Positions 9,323 through 19,271 of a stretch of DNA of 64,000 nucleotides are shown here, piece by piece. Each line of letters begins with the position of its first letter. Position 1 is the stretch's first letter. Made by a program: the position numbers and the translations under genes. The stretch is taken from contig JANQPB010000026.1 in the NCBI GenBank assembly GCA_028285495.1, positions 1-64,000 of the forward strand. The letters run 5' to 3'. The notes beneath the pieces were generated by a model. It was not told the origin of the DNA and ran no database searches. It saw only the letters and a program-made list of their open reading frames with translations. Origin of the DNA: Acidimicrobiales bacterium (GTDB lineage Bacteria > Actinomycetota > Acidimicrobiia > Acidimicrobiales > SZUA-35).

Positions 9323-11074
9323 ATGGAGACGCTCGCTGGCTCGCTCGACGATCTGAAGACCAACGGCCACCTGGTGACGAAGGTCGGCCGTCAACCGGTG
9401 GCGGTGTTCTGGCACGAGGACCGGGCGTGGGCCATCGACGACCGCTGCCCCCATCTCGGGCTCCCCCTCCACCGGGGCACGGTCGAGTCGGGCATGGTCA
9501 CGTGCCACTGGCACCATGCCCGCTTCGACCTGTCGTCCGGCTGCACCCTCGACCCGTGGGCCGACGACGCCGCGGCCTACGACGTCGAGATCCGGACCGG
9601 CAGCGACGACGGCGCCGTCGGGGCCGAGCAGGTCTGGGTCCGGCCGAGGACCGACGGCGATCCGCGGGCCCGTCTCCTCGCCCGGCTCGAAGACGGCCTG
9701 GAGGACCAGATCACCCTGGTGATCGCCAAGTCGGTGCTCGGGCTGCTCGACCTCGGCGAGCCGCCGCAGACGATCGTGGCCACCGCCGCCCGCTTCGCCG
9801 CCCGCAACCGCTGCGGCGGCTGGAGCAGCGGCTTGACCGTGCTCTGCGCGATGGCCGGCGTGCTCGACGACCTGGATGCGGACGATCGGCCGCTGGCGCT
9901 GACCCAGGCCCTGGCCTTCCTCGCCGCCGACGTGGCCGGCAACGCCCCCCGCTTCCCCCTCGATCCCCTCGACGGCACCGAGGTCGGCATCGGCCGACTC
10001 GGCGACTGGTACCGGCGCTTCGTCGACACCCGCTCCGGCGACGCCGCCGAGCGGGCCCTGGCCACCGCACTGCAGCGGCTCGACGAGCCGAGCGAGCACG
10101 GCCGGGCGACCGATCGACGGGAGGTCGAGGCCATGATGTTCGCCGCCGTCACCGACCACGTCTTCATCGACGAGGGCCACACGATCGACTTCACCAACAA
10201 GGCGTTCGAGCTGATCGACCTGCTCGGCCCCGAGACCGCCCCCGAGCTGCTGCCGACCCTGGTGCACCAGACCGCCGGGGCCACCCGCCACGAGGAGCTG
10301 TCGGAGTGGCGCCACCCCCACGACCTGGCGGCACTGCTGGCCGAGACGACGCTGACCTCGGGGGCCGGATGGGGTGACGACGAGGCCGTCGCCGCCCTCG
10401 GTCGGGAGCTGCTGGTCGACGACCCGGGCCACGTCGTCGGCGCCCTCGTGAAGGCGGGCGAGAACGGGGCCTCAGCCGAGGAGCTGGCCAGGGCCGTCGC
10501 CCTGGCCTCGGCGCTGCGCATCGTGCGGTTCCACACCCAGAACGACCACCGCGACTGGAACTCGGTCCACCACGGCTTCACCACCGCCAACGCCGTCCAC
10601 CAGGCCGTGACCCGCAACCCGACCCCCGAGCTGCTGCGGGGCGTCCTGCACTCCGCGCTCAAGGTCTACCTCGACCGGTTCCTGAACGTGCCGGCGGCCC
10701 GGCCGCCGCAGGCCGGGGCCGGCTCGCTCGAGGCCCTGGCTGCGTGCTGGGAGACCCAGGGCCAGGTCGACGACGCCGGTCGGGAGGCCTACGGCTACCT
10801 CGCCGGTGGCGGCGATCCGGCCTCGCTGATCGCCGCTCTCGGGTCGGCGCTGCTGGCCGAGGACGCCGGCTTCCACTGGTTCCAGCTCTACGAGGCCGCC
10901 GTCCGCCAGCACCGGGCCTGGCCCGATGGTTCCGAGGAGAGCCGACTGGTCCTCGTGGCCTTCGCCCGGTTCCTCGCCGCCCACACCCCGACCCGCCGGG
11001 AGCGGTCGCGGGTGGTCGACATCGCCCGCCGTCTGCGCCGCGGCGAGGAGCTCTTCGAGGCAACGACCCCCTGA
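9323..11074 (+). CDS. Rieske [2Fe-2S] domain protein fused to large C-terminal domain of unknown function
   Basis: CPHLG..H(17 aa)..CHWHHARF Rieske motif pair at N-terminus; ~480 aa His-rich uncharacterised C-terminal region; divergent from Cys-rich regulator. Confidence 0.8.
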   Translation: METLAGSLDDLKTNGHLVTKVGRQPVAVFWHEDRAWAIDDRCPHLGLPLHRGTVESGMVTCHWHHARFDLSSGCTLDPWADDAAAYDVEIRTGSDDGAVGAEQVWVRPRTDGDPRARLLARLEDGLEDQITLVIAKSVLGLLDLGEPPQTIVATAARFAARNRCGGWSSGLTVLCAMAGVLDDLDADDRPLALTQALAFLAADVAGNAPRFPLDPLDGTEVGIGRLGDWYRRFVDTRSGDAAERALATALQRLDEPSEHGRATDRREVEAMMFAAVTDHVFIDEGHTIDFTNKAFELIDLLGPETAPELLPTLVHQTAGATRHEELSEWRHPHDLAALLAETTLTSGAGWGDDEAVAALGRELLVDDPGHVVGALVKAGENGASAEELARAVALASALRIVRFHTQNDHRDWNSVHHGFTTANAVHQAVTRNPTPELLRGVLHSALKVYLDRFLNVPAARPPQAGAGSLEALAACWETQGQVDDAGREAYGYLAGGGDPASLIAALGSALLAEDAGFHWFQLYEAAVRQHRAWPDGSEESRLVLVAFARFLAAHTPTRRERSRVVDIARRLRRGEELFEATTP

Positions 11075-11279
11075 TCGCCCGGCTGCGGCGAACGGGGAGC
11101 CCCGAGTTGCGCCCGGCGAACCTCGACGGCACCAAGAAGGTGCCCTGACGACCGATACGGCCACCCGGCTCGAGACCGAGGGGGTGGCCCGCCCCGGGGC
11201 CGCCCCTGCCGCCGGCGGGGCCGTCGACGGCCGGCACGTCGAGCTAAAGCGGGGCCGGCAGCTCCCGAAAACACTGATC

Positions 11280-12647
11280 ATGGCCCTGCAATCGCTGCGC
11301 GATCACCTTCCGGACGGACGGGCGATCGACGACGAGCAGTTCGAGATCCGCCACCGGATCATCGGATGGGTCCTCGTCGCCCACGCCCCGGCCCTGATCG
11401 CCATCGGGCTCCTGAACGGCTTCGCCCTGTGGCACACCGCGCTCGAGACCTCTCCCGTGCTGGTCCTCGCTGCGCTCGGCTTCAGCCGCATGCACCGACT
11501 CCCGAGGTCGATCGCCACCTGTCTCGGGCTGGTGTACGCCGCCTCGACGCTGGTCCACTTCACCGGCGGCATCATCGAATCGCACTTCCAGTGGTTCGTC
11601 GTGCTGGCCCTGGCCGCCCTCTACGTCGACCTGCGGCCCTTCGTTGCCGTCGTGCTGTACACCGCCATCCACCATGCGGCGATGAGCATCTACCAGCCGA
11701 CGCTGGTGTTCGAGCACGAGCGGGGCCAGGAGAGCCCGTTCCTCTGGACCGGCGTGCACGTGGTGTTCGTCGTCATGCTCATCGGTGCACTGGCCATCAA
11801 CTGGTACACCCTCCAGGTCCAGCATCAGCGCTGGCTGCAGGCCGCGTCCGACCAGCAGGCGCTCGTCGAGCGGCAGGCCGCCCTGGCCCAGGAGAGCGCC
11901 GAGCTGGCCCAACGCCACGAGCACGCACTGCGCCGCCGCCAGGCTCAGAGCGAGGAGCTGGCGGGACGCTCAGCCGAGCTGGTCTCGGTCTCGGACTCGG
12001 TGCGCGACATCATCGGCTCGACGTCGGCGGCGATGGGTGAGATGACCGAATCGGCCTCGACGGTCAGCGATCTGGTCCGCGACGTCGTCGGGCTGGCCCG
12101 CCAGGCCGACGAGGAGACCTCGGTGACCCGGGCCGCAGTCGAGGAGCTCGAGGAGCAGAGCCGCCGGATCAACGAGATGGTCGACCTGATCGCCGAGATC
12201 GCCGACAAGACCAATCTCCTGGCCTTGAACGCAACGATCGAGGCGGCCAGGGCCGGCGAGGCCGGCCAAGGCTTCGCCGTCGTCGCAACCGAGGTGAAGA
12301 GCCTGGCCCAGCGGACCTCCGATGCCACCGAGCAGATCCGGTCGATGACCGACGAGGTCCAGGGCAAGATCGCCACGTCGTCGACCCGGGTCGCCGGCGT
12401 CGCCGACCTGGTCCGCTCGATCTCCGAGCGACAGAACGACGTCGAATCGCAGATGGACCTCCAGCGGGAGAACGTCGGCCGGGCCAGCGGCGACGTCGAG
12501 CTGGCCGGGACCACGATCCTGCAGGTCATCCAGGGCATCGAGGAGCTCAATGCCTCGGCCGGCAACGACCTCGGTGACCAGGAGCTCGGCGGTGTTGCGG
12601 GCGACCGCGTCCTCGACGGCGGGCCCGGACCCGTCGCCGCCCGCTGA
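11280..12647 (+). CDS. methyl-accepting chemotaxis protein with multi-TM N-terminal sensor region
   Basis: MCP signalling hairpin LLALNATIEAARAGEAGQGFAVVATEVKSLAQRT; 4 predicted TM helices at N-terminus; ATG at 11280. Confidence 0.85.
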   Translation: MALQSLRDHLPDGRAIDDEQFEIRHRIIGWVLVAHAPALIAIGLLNGFALWHTALETSPVLVLAALGFSRMHRLPRSIATCLGLVYAASTLVHFTGGIIESHFQWFVVLALAALYVDLRPFVAVVLYTAIHHAAMSIYQPTLVFEHERGQESPFLWTGVHVVFVVMLIGALAINWYTLQVQHQRWLQAASDQQALVERQAALAQESAELAQRHEHALRRRQAQSEELAGRSAELVSVSDSVRDIIGSTSAAMGEMTESASTVSDLVRDVVGLARQADEETSVTRAAVEELEEQSRRINEMVDLIAEIADKTNLLALNATIEAARAGEAGQGFAVVATEVKSLAQRTSDATEQIRSMTDEVQGKIATSSTRVAGVADLVRSISERQNDVESQMDLQRENVGRASGDVELAGTTILQVIQGIEELNASAGNDLGDQELGGVAGDRVLDGGPGPVAAR

Positions 12648-12805
12648 CCTCGCACGGTTGCGCCATCACCACGCCGGGTGCGACCGCCACGCCATCAGAT
12701 GACAAACGTGTAACACCTGGGCGGTTCACCGGTCCCCGCACCCGACTCGGGCGTCTAAGAAGGTGAGTGGGGCCTCGGCCCGGTGGCGAGCACGGAGGTG
12801 AGGGC

Positions 12806-13969
12806 ATGGGGATCGGGAACCGGGCGACCGCCCGGGCGGTCGACGGATCCCTGGCCGCGCTGGTGGCCGCCGGGTTGGCAGCGACCCTGGCCGTGGCGCT
12901 GGCCGCCTGTGGCGGGGACGCCGGCCCGGCGCCGGACGCCGGCCCGGACGACACCATCGCCTCCGCCGACACCGCAGCCGAGACCACGGCGCCGGACCCG
13001 ACCGGCGAGACGGCCGGCGCGGCCACCGACGACCAGGACGACTCCGACGACGGCGGCGACCGCGGCGAGCGGCCAGACGGGACGCCGACCACCACACGAC
13101 CGACGACGACGACCACCGCGCCGGAACCCGAGAACCTGCTCGACCCCGTCGGCCCCGGCGACGGCGGCGATGACGTCGTCGCCCTGCAGACCCGCCTCGA
13201 CGAGCTCGGCGTCGCCCCCGGCCCGGCCGACGGTGACTACGGTCGCCGCACCGAGCGGGCGGTCCGGGTGTTCCAGGAACTGGTCGACCTCCGGCCGACC
13301 GGGCGGGCCGACGCCAGGACGATGCGGGAGCTGGCCACCTACACCTACGACGGGCTCCTGCTCGTGGCCGGCGACGAGGGTGACGACGTCGAGGAGCTCC
13401 AGGAGCGGCTCGCCGGCGGACCTTTCGACCCCGGCCGGATCGATGGCGTGTACGGCGGCGCCACCGTCGCCGCGGTGTGGGCGCTCGAGAAGCTGGCCGA
13501 GATCCCGATCGACGGTGACTGGGGCCCGGCGGACGAGCTGGCGTGGCGAAAGCTGATGGACGGCGAGGTCGGCGGTCCCGAACGCGAGAACGACGAGCGC
13601 TGGGTCGAGGTCGACCTGTCCCAGCAGCTGATGAAGGTCTACGACCCGGGCGAGACGATCCCGGTGCTGGTCAGCCACGTGTCGAGCGGGAGCGGCATCC
13701 CGTGGGAGAACGAGGACCACAGCGGAAGCTCGATCACCCCGAAGGGCGACTTCCACATCAACCGCCGGATCAGCGGCTGGCGTGAGTCGAGCCTCGACAT
13801 CGGTCGGCTCTACAACCCGCTCTACTTCAACGGCGGGATCGCGTTCCACGGGGCGACGTCGGTGCCGCTCTACCCGGCCAGCCACGGCTGCGTTCGGGTC
13901 CCGATGCACATCGCCGAGTACCTCCCGGACGAGCTGCCGAACGGGACCGCCGTCCACGTGCTGGCCTGA
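12806..13969 (+). CDS. L,D-transpeptidase lipoprotein with tandem peptidoglycan-binding (PG_binding_1) domains
   Basis: Lipobox LAAC after signal peptide; two DDVxxLQxRL..GxYG..T..AVxxFQ repeats; YkuD catalytic motif SHGCVRV. Confidence 0.85.
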   Translation: MGIGNRATARAVDGSLAALVAAGLAATLAVALAACGGDAGPAPDAGPDDTIASADTAAETTAPDPTGETAGAATDDQDDSDDGGDRGERPDGTPTTTRPTTTTTAPEPENLLDPVGPGDGGDDVVALQTRLDELGVAPGPADGDYGRRTERAVRVFQELVDLRPTGRADARTMRELATYTYDGLLLVAGDEGDDVEELQERLAGGPFDPGRIDGVYGGATVAAVWALEKLAEIPIDGDWGPADELAWRKLMDGEVGGPERENDERWVEVDLSQQLMKVYDPGETIPVLVSHVSSGSGIPWENEDHSGSSITPKGDFHINRRISGWRESSLDIGRLYNPLYFNGGIAFHGATSVPLYPASHGCVRVPMHIAEYLPDELPNGTAVHVLA

Positions 13970-14086
13970 CCACCCGACCTCGTGCGGCCGGGCCAGGCTC
14001 CCGACCCACTGGGCCGAGGTGAGACCGGGCCAGGCGACCGCGTCACCGCCGGCCGGTGGCAGCGCGGTCGCCGGGCGGGTCCTACC

Positions 14087-14986
14087 ATGCCGGACATGAC
14101 GACCCGCATCGAGATCGGGACCTTCGGGGTCTGGACCAGCCTGCTCGACCTGCAACCGACCGCCCGGGTCCGGCAGCTGGTCCGGGAGCTCGACGAGATG
14201 GGCTGGGGCTGCCTGTGGCGGCCGGAGTCGACCGGGCGCGACCCGATGGTGTCGGCTGCGCTGTGGCTCGACGCCTGTCCCCGGATGGCGGTGGCGACGG
14301 GGATCGCCCAGACCTATGCCCGCCACCCGCTGACCACGATGGCCGCCACCCGCACGCTCGACGAGGCCTTCCCCGGACGGTTCCTGCTCGGTCTCGGGGT
14401 CAGCCATGCCCCGCTGGTCGAGGGGGTCCGCGGGCTCGACTATTCAACCCCACTGGCCGACATGGCGGCCCATCTCGATGCCATGGACGCTGCGCCGTTC
14501 ACCGGCCTCGCCCCGGAGGGCCGACCACCGCGGATCCTGGCCGCCCTCGGCCCGAAGATGCTGGCCCTGGCGGCCGAGAAGGCCGACGGCGCCCACCCGT
14601 ACTTCACGACCCCTGACCACACGGCGATGGCCAGGGACATCCTGGGGCCGGACAAGTTCCTGGCCCCGGAGCACATGGTGGTGCTCGACGCCGACGCCGA
14701 CCGGGCCCGCCGGGTGGCCCGGGCCAACATGGCCCGCTACCTGCAACTCCCGAACTACACCCGCAACCTCGAGCGGATCGGCTTCACCCGCGACGACATC
14801 GAGTCGGTCAGCGACCGCCTGGTCGACGCCATCGTGCTGTGGGGCGACGTCGAGTCGATCGTGCCCCGACTCCGTCAGCACCTGGAGGCCGGCGCGGATC
14901 ACGTCTGCGTCCAGGCCCTGGTCGAGGACCCGTCGCAACCCCCGGTCGACGACTGGCGCCGCCTGGCCGAGGCGCTGCTCGGGTAG
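14087..14986 (+). CDS. LLM-class (luciferase-like) F420-dependent oxidoreductase
   Basis: TIM-barrel LLM hallmarks (IGTFGVW, LGLGVSH, PRILAALGPKML), TIGR03620-like size. Confidence 0.8.
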   Translation: MPDMTTRIEIGTFGVWTSLLDLQPTARVRQLVRELDEMGWGCLWRPESTGRDPMVSAALWLDACPRMAVATGIAQTYARHPLTTMAATRTLDEAFPGRFLLGLGVSHAPLVEGVRGLDYSTPLADMAAHLDAMDAAPFTGLAPEGRPPRILAALGPKMLALAAEKADGAHPYFTTPDHTAMARDILGPDKFLAPEHMVVLDADADRARRVARANMARYLQLPNYTRNLERIGFTRDDIESVSDRLVDAIVLWGDVESIVPRLRQHLEAGADHVCVQALVEDPSQPPVDDWRRLAEALLG

Positions 14987-15007
14987 ATCGCCGACGGGCG
15001 ACGGCGG

Positions 15008-18000
15008 TCAGAGGCGACGGGCCCGGCACGGCTCGGTCACGCACGGCGGCACGTCGCCGAGGCCGCCGAGGCCGGACAGCGGGACGCCGGTCAGGCCGCC
15101 GCTGAGCCCGACCGGCCCACCGGCGACGAGCGACCGCAACACCCGGGGCGGACCGGTCGGCGCCGTCGTGGTCGTGGCCCGCTCGGTCGTGGTCGAGGAG
15201 TCGGGCGGTCCGGTCGTCGGCCCGGACGTCGTCGGCCCGGACGTCGTCGGGCTGCTCGTCGGCGCTGACGTGGTCGACCCGGTCGCCGGTTGGGTCGTCG
15301 GCGACCCACCACCCGGCGCCGTCGTCGATGGCGAGGTCGTCGACGGCGACGTCGTCGTCGCCCCCGGGCTCGTGGTCGTTTGGCCCGAGCCGGGGCTGGT
15401 CGTCGGCGTCGTGCCACCGCCCGGCGCCGTCGTCGTGCTCGGCGGGCCGGTGGTCGGCGTAGTCGGGCTCGGACCGCCGCCCGGGTCGAGGTGGGTGAAC
15501 CCGCCCGGCACGAGCAGCACGGTTCCCGCGCTCGGCGAGCGCAGGCTGACGTCGACGGTCCCGGCCTCGGCCCTGGTCGGGGCAACGGCGATGATCCAGT
15601 TGCTGCTCTGGTAGATCAGGTCGCCCGGTTGATCGCCGAACCACACGAAGACGAGGCTGGGGAAGACGCCGTCGATGCTCACCATCGTCTGCTGGTCCAT
15701 CCATCCGGACGTCGGGGTGATCGAGTGGACGGCGAAGGCACCGTTGACCGTCGTCGTCGGCGGGGCCCCACTGGTCGTCGTCGGCGCCACCGTCGTGGTC
15801 GTCGGCTGGCCGGTGGTCGGCGGGTTCGTCGTCGGCGGTGGCTGCGAGGACCGGGTGGTGGTCGTTGTCGTCGTCGGGGCCGTGGTCGGCTGGGTCGTCG
15901 CCCCTCCCCCGCCTGGCGGCGAGGTGGTCGGGGCCGTGCTCGGTTGGACGGTCGTCGGCCCGCTCGTGGTCGGTTGGGCGGTCGATGGCGACGTCGGCCC
16001 GGTGGTCGGTCCCGTCGTCGGCTCGGTCGGGGCCTCGGTCGTCTGGCTCTGGGTGCTGGTCGGCCCCGTCGTCGGCCCGGGCGACGTGGTCGCCGTCGCA
16101 CCCGGCCCTGTTGTCGGTGTCGGCGGTCCGGTGGTCGGCGGTCCGGTGGTCGGCGACGGGGTGGTCGGTGACGTGTCGCCCGGTGCGGTCGACGTCGGGC
16201 CCGTCGTCGACGTGGTCGATCCGGGGGCGGTGGTGGTGGTGCTCGGCTCGTCGACGGTGGCCTCGGGCACGTCGAAGGTGGTCACCCAGGCGTCGCCGAG
16301 GCGGACCGACCGATCGTCCTCGGGCACGGCCTCGACCACCATCGCATAGTCGCCCGGCGGCAACGTGGTCTCGAGGCGGGCCCGATCGCCGGTCCCGTCG
16401 GCCAGCAGCACCGCCCCCGTCTCGTCGGTCTCGTCGCTCTGCCAGTCGACGAGCACCGGATGCTCGACCAGGCCGTATGGCTGGCCGTCGCGGATGGCGA
16501 CGAGCGTCGCCTCCCAGCGATACGGCTCGCCGGTCAACGTCCCGGGCTCGCTCATGGCCAGCTCGGCGACGACCCCGTCGGCGGTGGCCTCGGTCAGGCC
16601 GGTGACGCTGACCTCGACCTCGGTCGGATCGCCCTCGATGCCGAGTGCCCAGGCCTGGTTGATCCGCACCGGGTTGGCGGCGAGGCCGGCGTAGGCCGGC
16701 GGGCGGTCGGCCGTGCCGACCAACTGGGTCCTGACCTCCCGAGGGTCGAGGTCCGGGTTGGCCGAGAGCACGGCCGCCGCCGCCCCGGCAGCGGTCGGTG
16801 ACGCCATCGACGTGCCGTTCATGAACGAGTAGCCGCCAGGCACGGTCGACAGGATCAGCACCCCGGGGGCGAACAGGTCGACCGGCGACCCGTAGTTCGA
16901 GAAGGAGGCCCTGGTGTCGTCCGGGGCCGACGCCCCGACGGTGATCATGTTGGGCGCCTCGATGTTGGCCGGCCACACCGGCTGGGCGTCGAGGTTGACG
17001 TCGGCGTTGCCGGCGGCCACGACGACGAGCACCCCGCTGGCCTCGGCGTGGGCGACGGCGTCGATCAGGACCTGGGCCGCCCACGACGGGGTCCCCGGTT
17101 GGGTGCCGAGCGACATGTTGATGATGTTGGCGCCGTTGTCGGCGGCGTAGCGGACGGCTCGGGCGATGCCGGAGAGGGTCATGCCGCCGGCCCCGTCGAC
17201 GTTGAGGTCCATGATCTCGACCTCGGGGGCCATGCCGACCACCCCGACCCCGTTGTCGGCCGATGCGGCGATCGTCCCGGCCACGTGGGTGCCGTGGTCG
17301 TTCTGCCCGGCGCTCCACGGCTGATTGTCCTCGTTGCCGAAGTCCCAGCCGTTGCAGTCGTCGACGAAGCCGTTGCCGTCGTCGTCGGCCAGGTTGTCGC
17401 AGACCTCGTCGTCGTTCACCCAGCTCTGCCCGGCCAGGTCGGGATGGCCGAAGTCGACCCCGGTGTCGATCACCGCCACCACCACGCCCTCGCCCCGGGC
17501 ACCGGCCTTGGCCTCGACCCCGTCGATGTCGGCGTCGGCGACCTGCACAGGCGGGTTGTCGAGCGCGGACAGGTTGTCGCCGGTGTTGTCGAGCGTCCAC
17601 TGGTACGGCTCGTAGGGGTCGGCGGCGAGGGCGATCGGCGGATCGACGACGGCCTCGAAGCCGCTCCCGTCGAGCGCGTCGGCCTCGTCGGCCACCACCG
17701 CCACCGTGCCGTCGCCGATCGGCACGGCCGAGACCACGCCCTCGATGGCCAGCAGCTCGTCGACGACGTCCTGTTCGGTCAGCGGATCGTCCGCCCGGAC
17801 GACGGGGCGGCCGCTGCTGGCCGACGACGAGCCGACGAGCGGGATGAACGTGCCGCCGTCGTCGTGGAATCCGGGAATCCCGTCGACGAAGACCACCACC
17901 GTGTCCTCGTCGAGGCGGTCGATCAGCGACTGGTCGAGCGTCCAGGCCGGGTCGGGCGGCGGCGGGGCCGACGGCTCGACCGGCTCCGCTGGCGCCACGC

Positions 18001-18232
18001 CGTCGTCGACGGGCTCGTCGGCGGGATCGCCGGTGTCGGCGATGGGGATCGGCGGGCGGACGATGAAGCGGTGCAACCCGTCCGGCGCCGGCGGCGGCAC
18101 CGGATCGGGGACCCCCTCGACGACCGGGGGCGGCGGCGGGAGCGCCGCCGCCTGGTCCGACGACGGCACGAGCCCGCACCCGGCGCCGATGAGGGCGATG
18201 GCCGGGACGGCTCGGACCAGCGCACGAACCAC
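15008..18232 (-). CDS. S8 family subtilisin-like serine protease lipoprotein with long Pro/Thr-rich linkers and an IPT/TIG-like domain
   Basis: Catalytic triad motifs DTGVD, HGTHVAG, GTSMASP; N-terminal lipobox IGAGC preceded by GGAGG SD at ~18245; ~400 aa of PT-rich low complexity; track ORF (to 19051) over-extended into next gene. Confidence 0.9.
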   Translation of the reverse strand: MVRALVRAVPAIALIGAGCGLVPSSDQAAALPPPPPVVEGVPDPVPPPAPDGLHRFIVRPPIPIADTGDPADEPVDDGVAPAEPVEPSAPPPPDPAWTLDQSLIDRLDEDTVVVFVDGIPGFHDDGGTFIPLVGSSSASSGRPVVRADDPLTEQDVVDELLAIEGVVSAVPIGDGTVAVVADEADALDGSGFEAVVDPPIALAADPYEPYQWTLDNTGDNLSALDNPPVQVADADIDGVEAKAGARGEGVVVAVIDTGVDFGHPDLAGQSWVNDDEVCDNLADDDGNGFVDDCNGWDFGNEDNQPWSAGQNDHGTHVAGTIAASADNGVGVVGMAPEVEIMDLNVDGAGGMTLSGIARAVRYAADNGANIINMSLGTQPGTPSWAAQVLIDAVAHAEASGVLVVVAAGNADVNLDAQPVWPANIEAPNMITVGASAPDDTRASFSNYGSPVDLFAPGVLILSTVPGGYSFMNGTSMASPTAAGAAAAVLSANPDLDPREVRTQLVGTADRPPAYAGLAANPVRINQAWALGIEGDPTEVEVSVTGLTEATADGVVAELAMSEPGTLTGEPYRWEATLVAIRDGQPYGLVEHPVLVDWQSDETDETGAVLLADGTGDRARLETTLPPGDYAMVVEAVPEDDRSVRLGDAWVTTFDVPEATVDEPSTTTTAPGSTTSTTGPTSTAPGDTSPTTPSPTTGPPTTGPPTPTTGPGATATTSPGPTTGPTSTQSQTTEAPTEPTTGPTTGPTSPSTAQPTTSGPTTVQPSTAPTTSPPGGGGATTQPTTAPTTTTTTTRSSQPPPTTNPPTTGQPTTTTVAPTTTSGAPPTTTVNGAFAVHSITPTSGWMDQQTMVSIDGVFPSLVFVWFGDQPGDLIYQSSNWIIAVAPTRAEAGTVDVSLRSPSAGTVLLVPGGFTHLDPGGGPSPTTPTTGPPSTTTAPGGGTTPTTSPGSGQTTTSPGATTTSPSTTSPSTTAPGGGSPTTQPATGSTTSAPTSSPTTSGPTTSGPTTGPPDSSTTTERATTTTAPTGPPRVLRSLVAGGPVGLSGGLTGVPLSGLGGLGDVPPCVTEPCRARRL

Positions 18233-18400
18233 CAAGAACGACCTCCAACCGACGAGTCGGGCCCGGCTCGAACCGGGGGCCGCTCCAACCCGGAGGGCCA
18301 ACCCCGATATCGGCAGAGGAGGGCACGCCACTTGAATCCGGGAGCCTCCGGCCGATCGGTCCCGCTTGAGCTCGATCGGGCCGGTCGATAGGGTCCGGGC

Positions 18401-19039
18401 ATGCCCGAGCTCGACCACCTGATCTTCGCCTCGACCGACCTCGAGGTCGGCACCGCCCGCATCGCCGAGCTGACCGGGTCGACCGCTGTCGCCGGCGGCC
18501 GTCACCCCGGGATCGGCACCCACAACGGCCTGCTGACGTTCGACACCACGACCTACTTCGAGATCATCGCCATCGACCCGACCCAGGACGCGCCGGATCG
18601 ACCGAGGCCCTTCGGTCTCGACGACGGGGCCGAGCCCCGCCTGGCCGGCTGGGCGATCCACCCGGCCGACGGCGAGCGCATCGAGGACCTGGTGGCGCTG
18701 CTCGTCGGCGCCGGCCACGACCCCGGACCGGTGCTCGACATGAGCCGGGCCAAGCCGGATGGCACCGAGCTGTCGTGGCGACTCACGATCGGCGATCCGA
18801 CCGACACCCCGGCGGCCACGCCGTTTGCCATCGACTGGGGTGACTCGCCGAGCCCGGCGACCTCGCTGCCGTCGATGGGTGAGCTGGTCGAGTTCCGGGT
18901 CCAGCACCCCGATGCCGCGGCCAGGGCGGTGGCCGAGGCGGTTGCCGCCGCCGTCGACCAGACGGTGGTCGTCGGTGACGGCCCGCCGAAGCTGACCGCC
19001 GTCGTCGACACCCCTGGCGGCCGGGTCGAGATCAGCTGA
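18401..19039 (+). CDS. VOC/glyoxalase-like domain protein
   Basis: Glyoxalase_6-like N-terminus (LDHLIFASTDLEVG..GRHPGIGTHNGLL) and second beta-alpha-beta-beta-beta half. Confidence 0.6.
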   Translation: MPELDHLIFASTDLEVGTARIAELTGSTAVAGGRHPGIGTHNGLLTFDTTTYFEIIAIDPTQDAPDRPRPFGLDDGAEPRLAGWAIHPADGERIEDLVALLVGAGHDPGPVLDMSRAKPDGTELSWRLTIGDPTDTPAATPFAIDWGDSPSPATSLPSMGELVEFRVQHPDAAARAVAEAVAAAVDQTVVVGDGPPKLTAVVDTPGGRVEIS

Positions 19040-19271
19040 TGCCCTGACCACCGAAGGTCGCCCGCTCGGGTTGCCCGCCTGGGCAGGCCGAGGGGCACCG
19101 CCAGGGGAACCGAAGTCCGCCTGCCCGCTCCTGGCCCGGCGCCGCCGGTGCGGTCAGGCTGAGACCGCAGTGCGTGAGCGAATCCCGTCCTCGGTCGAGT
19201 CGGCCCCCGAGCTCGAGACGCCCCTCCGGGCGGAGGTTGGCACCGCGGCGGCCGCGTCGGCGGCGCCAGGG

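Noticed and set aside
13982-14086. Upstream 35 codons of the LLM ORF (MRPGQAPDPLGRGETG..)
   Set aside because: Low-complexity Gly/Arg text precedes a canonical MPDMTTRIEIG N-terminus, so this is a likely over-extended start.
16000-17900. Pro/Thr-rich repetitive DNA examined as possible CRISPR or mobile repeat
   Set aside because: The repeats are imperfect codon-level low complexity within a continuous protease ORF. There is no spacer/repeat periodicity.
15290-18391. Multiple plus-strand ORFs (293, 224, 255, 447 aa) inside the S8 protease gene
   Set aside because: These are Arg/Gly-rich antisense frames of the PT-rich and catalytic regions of the protease.
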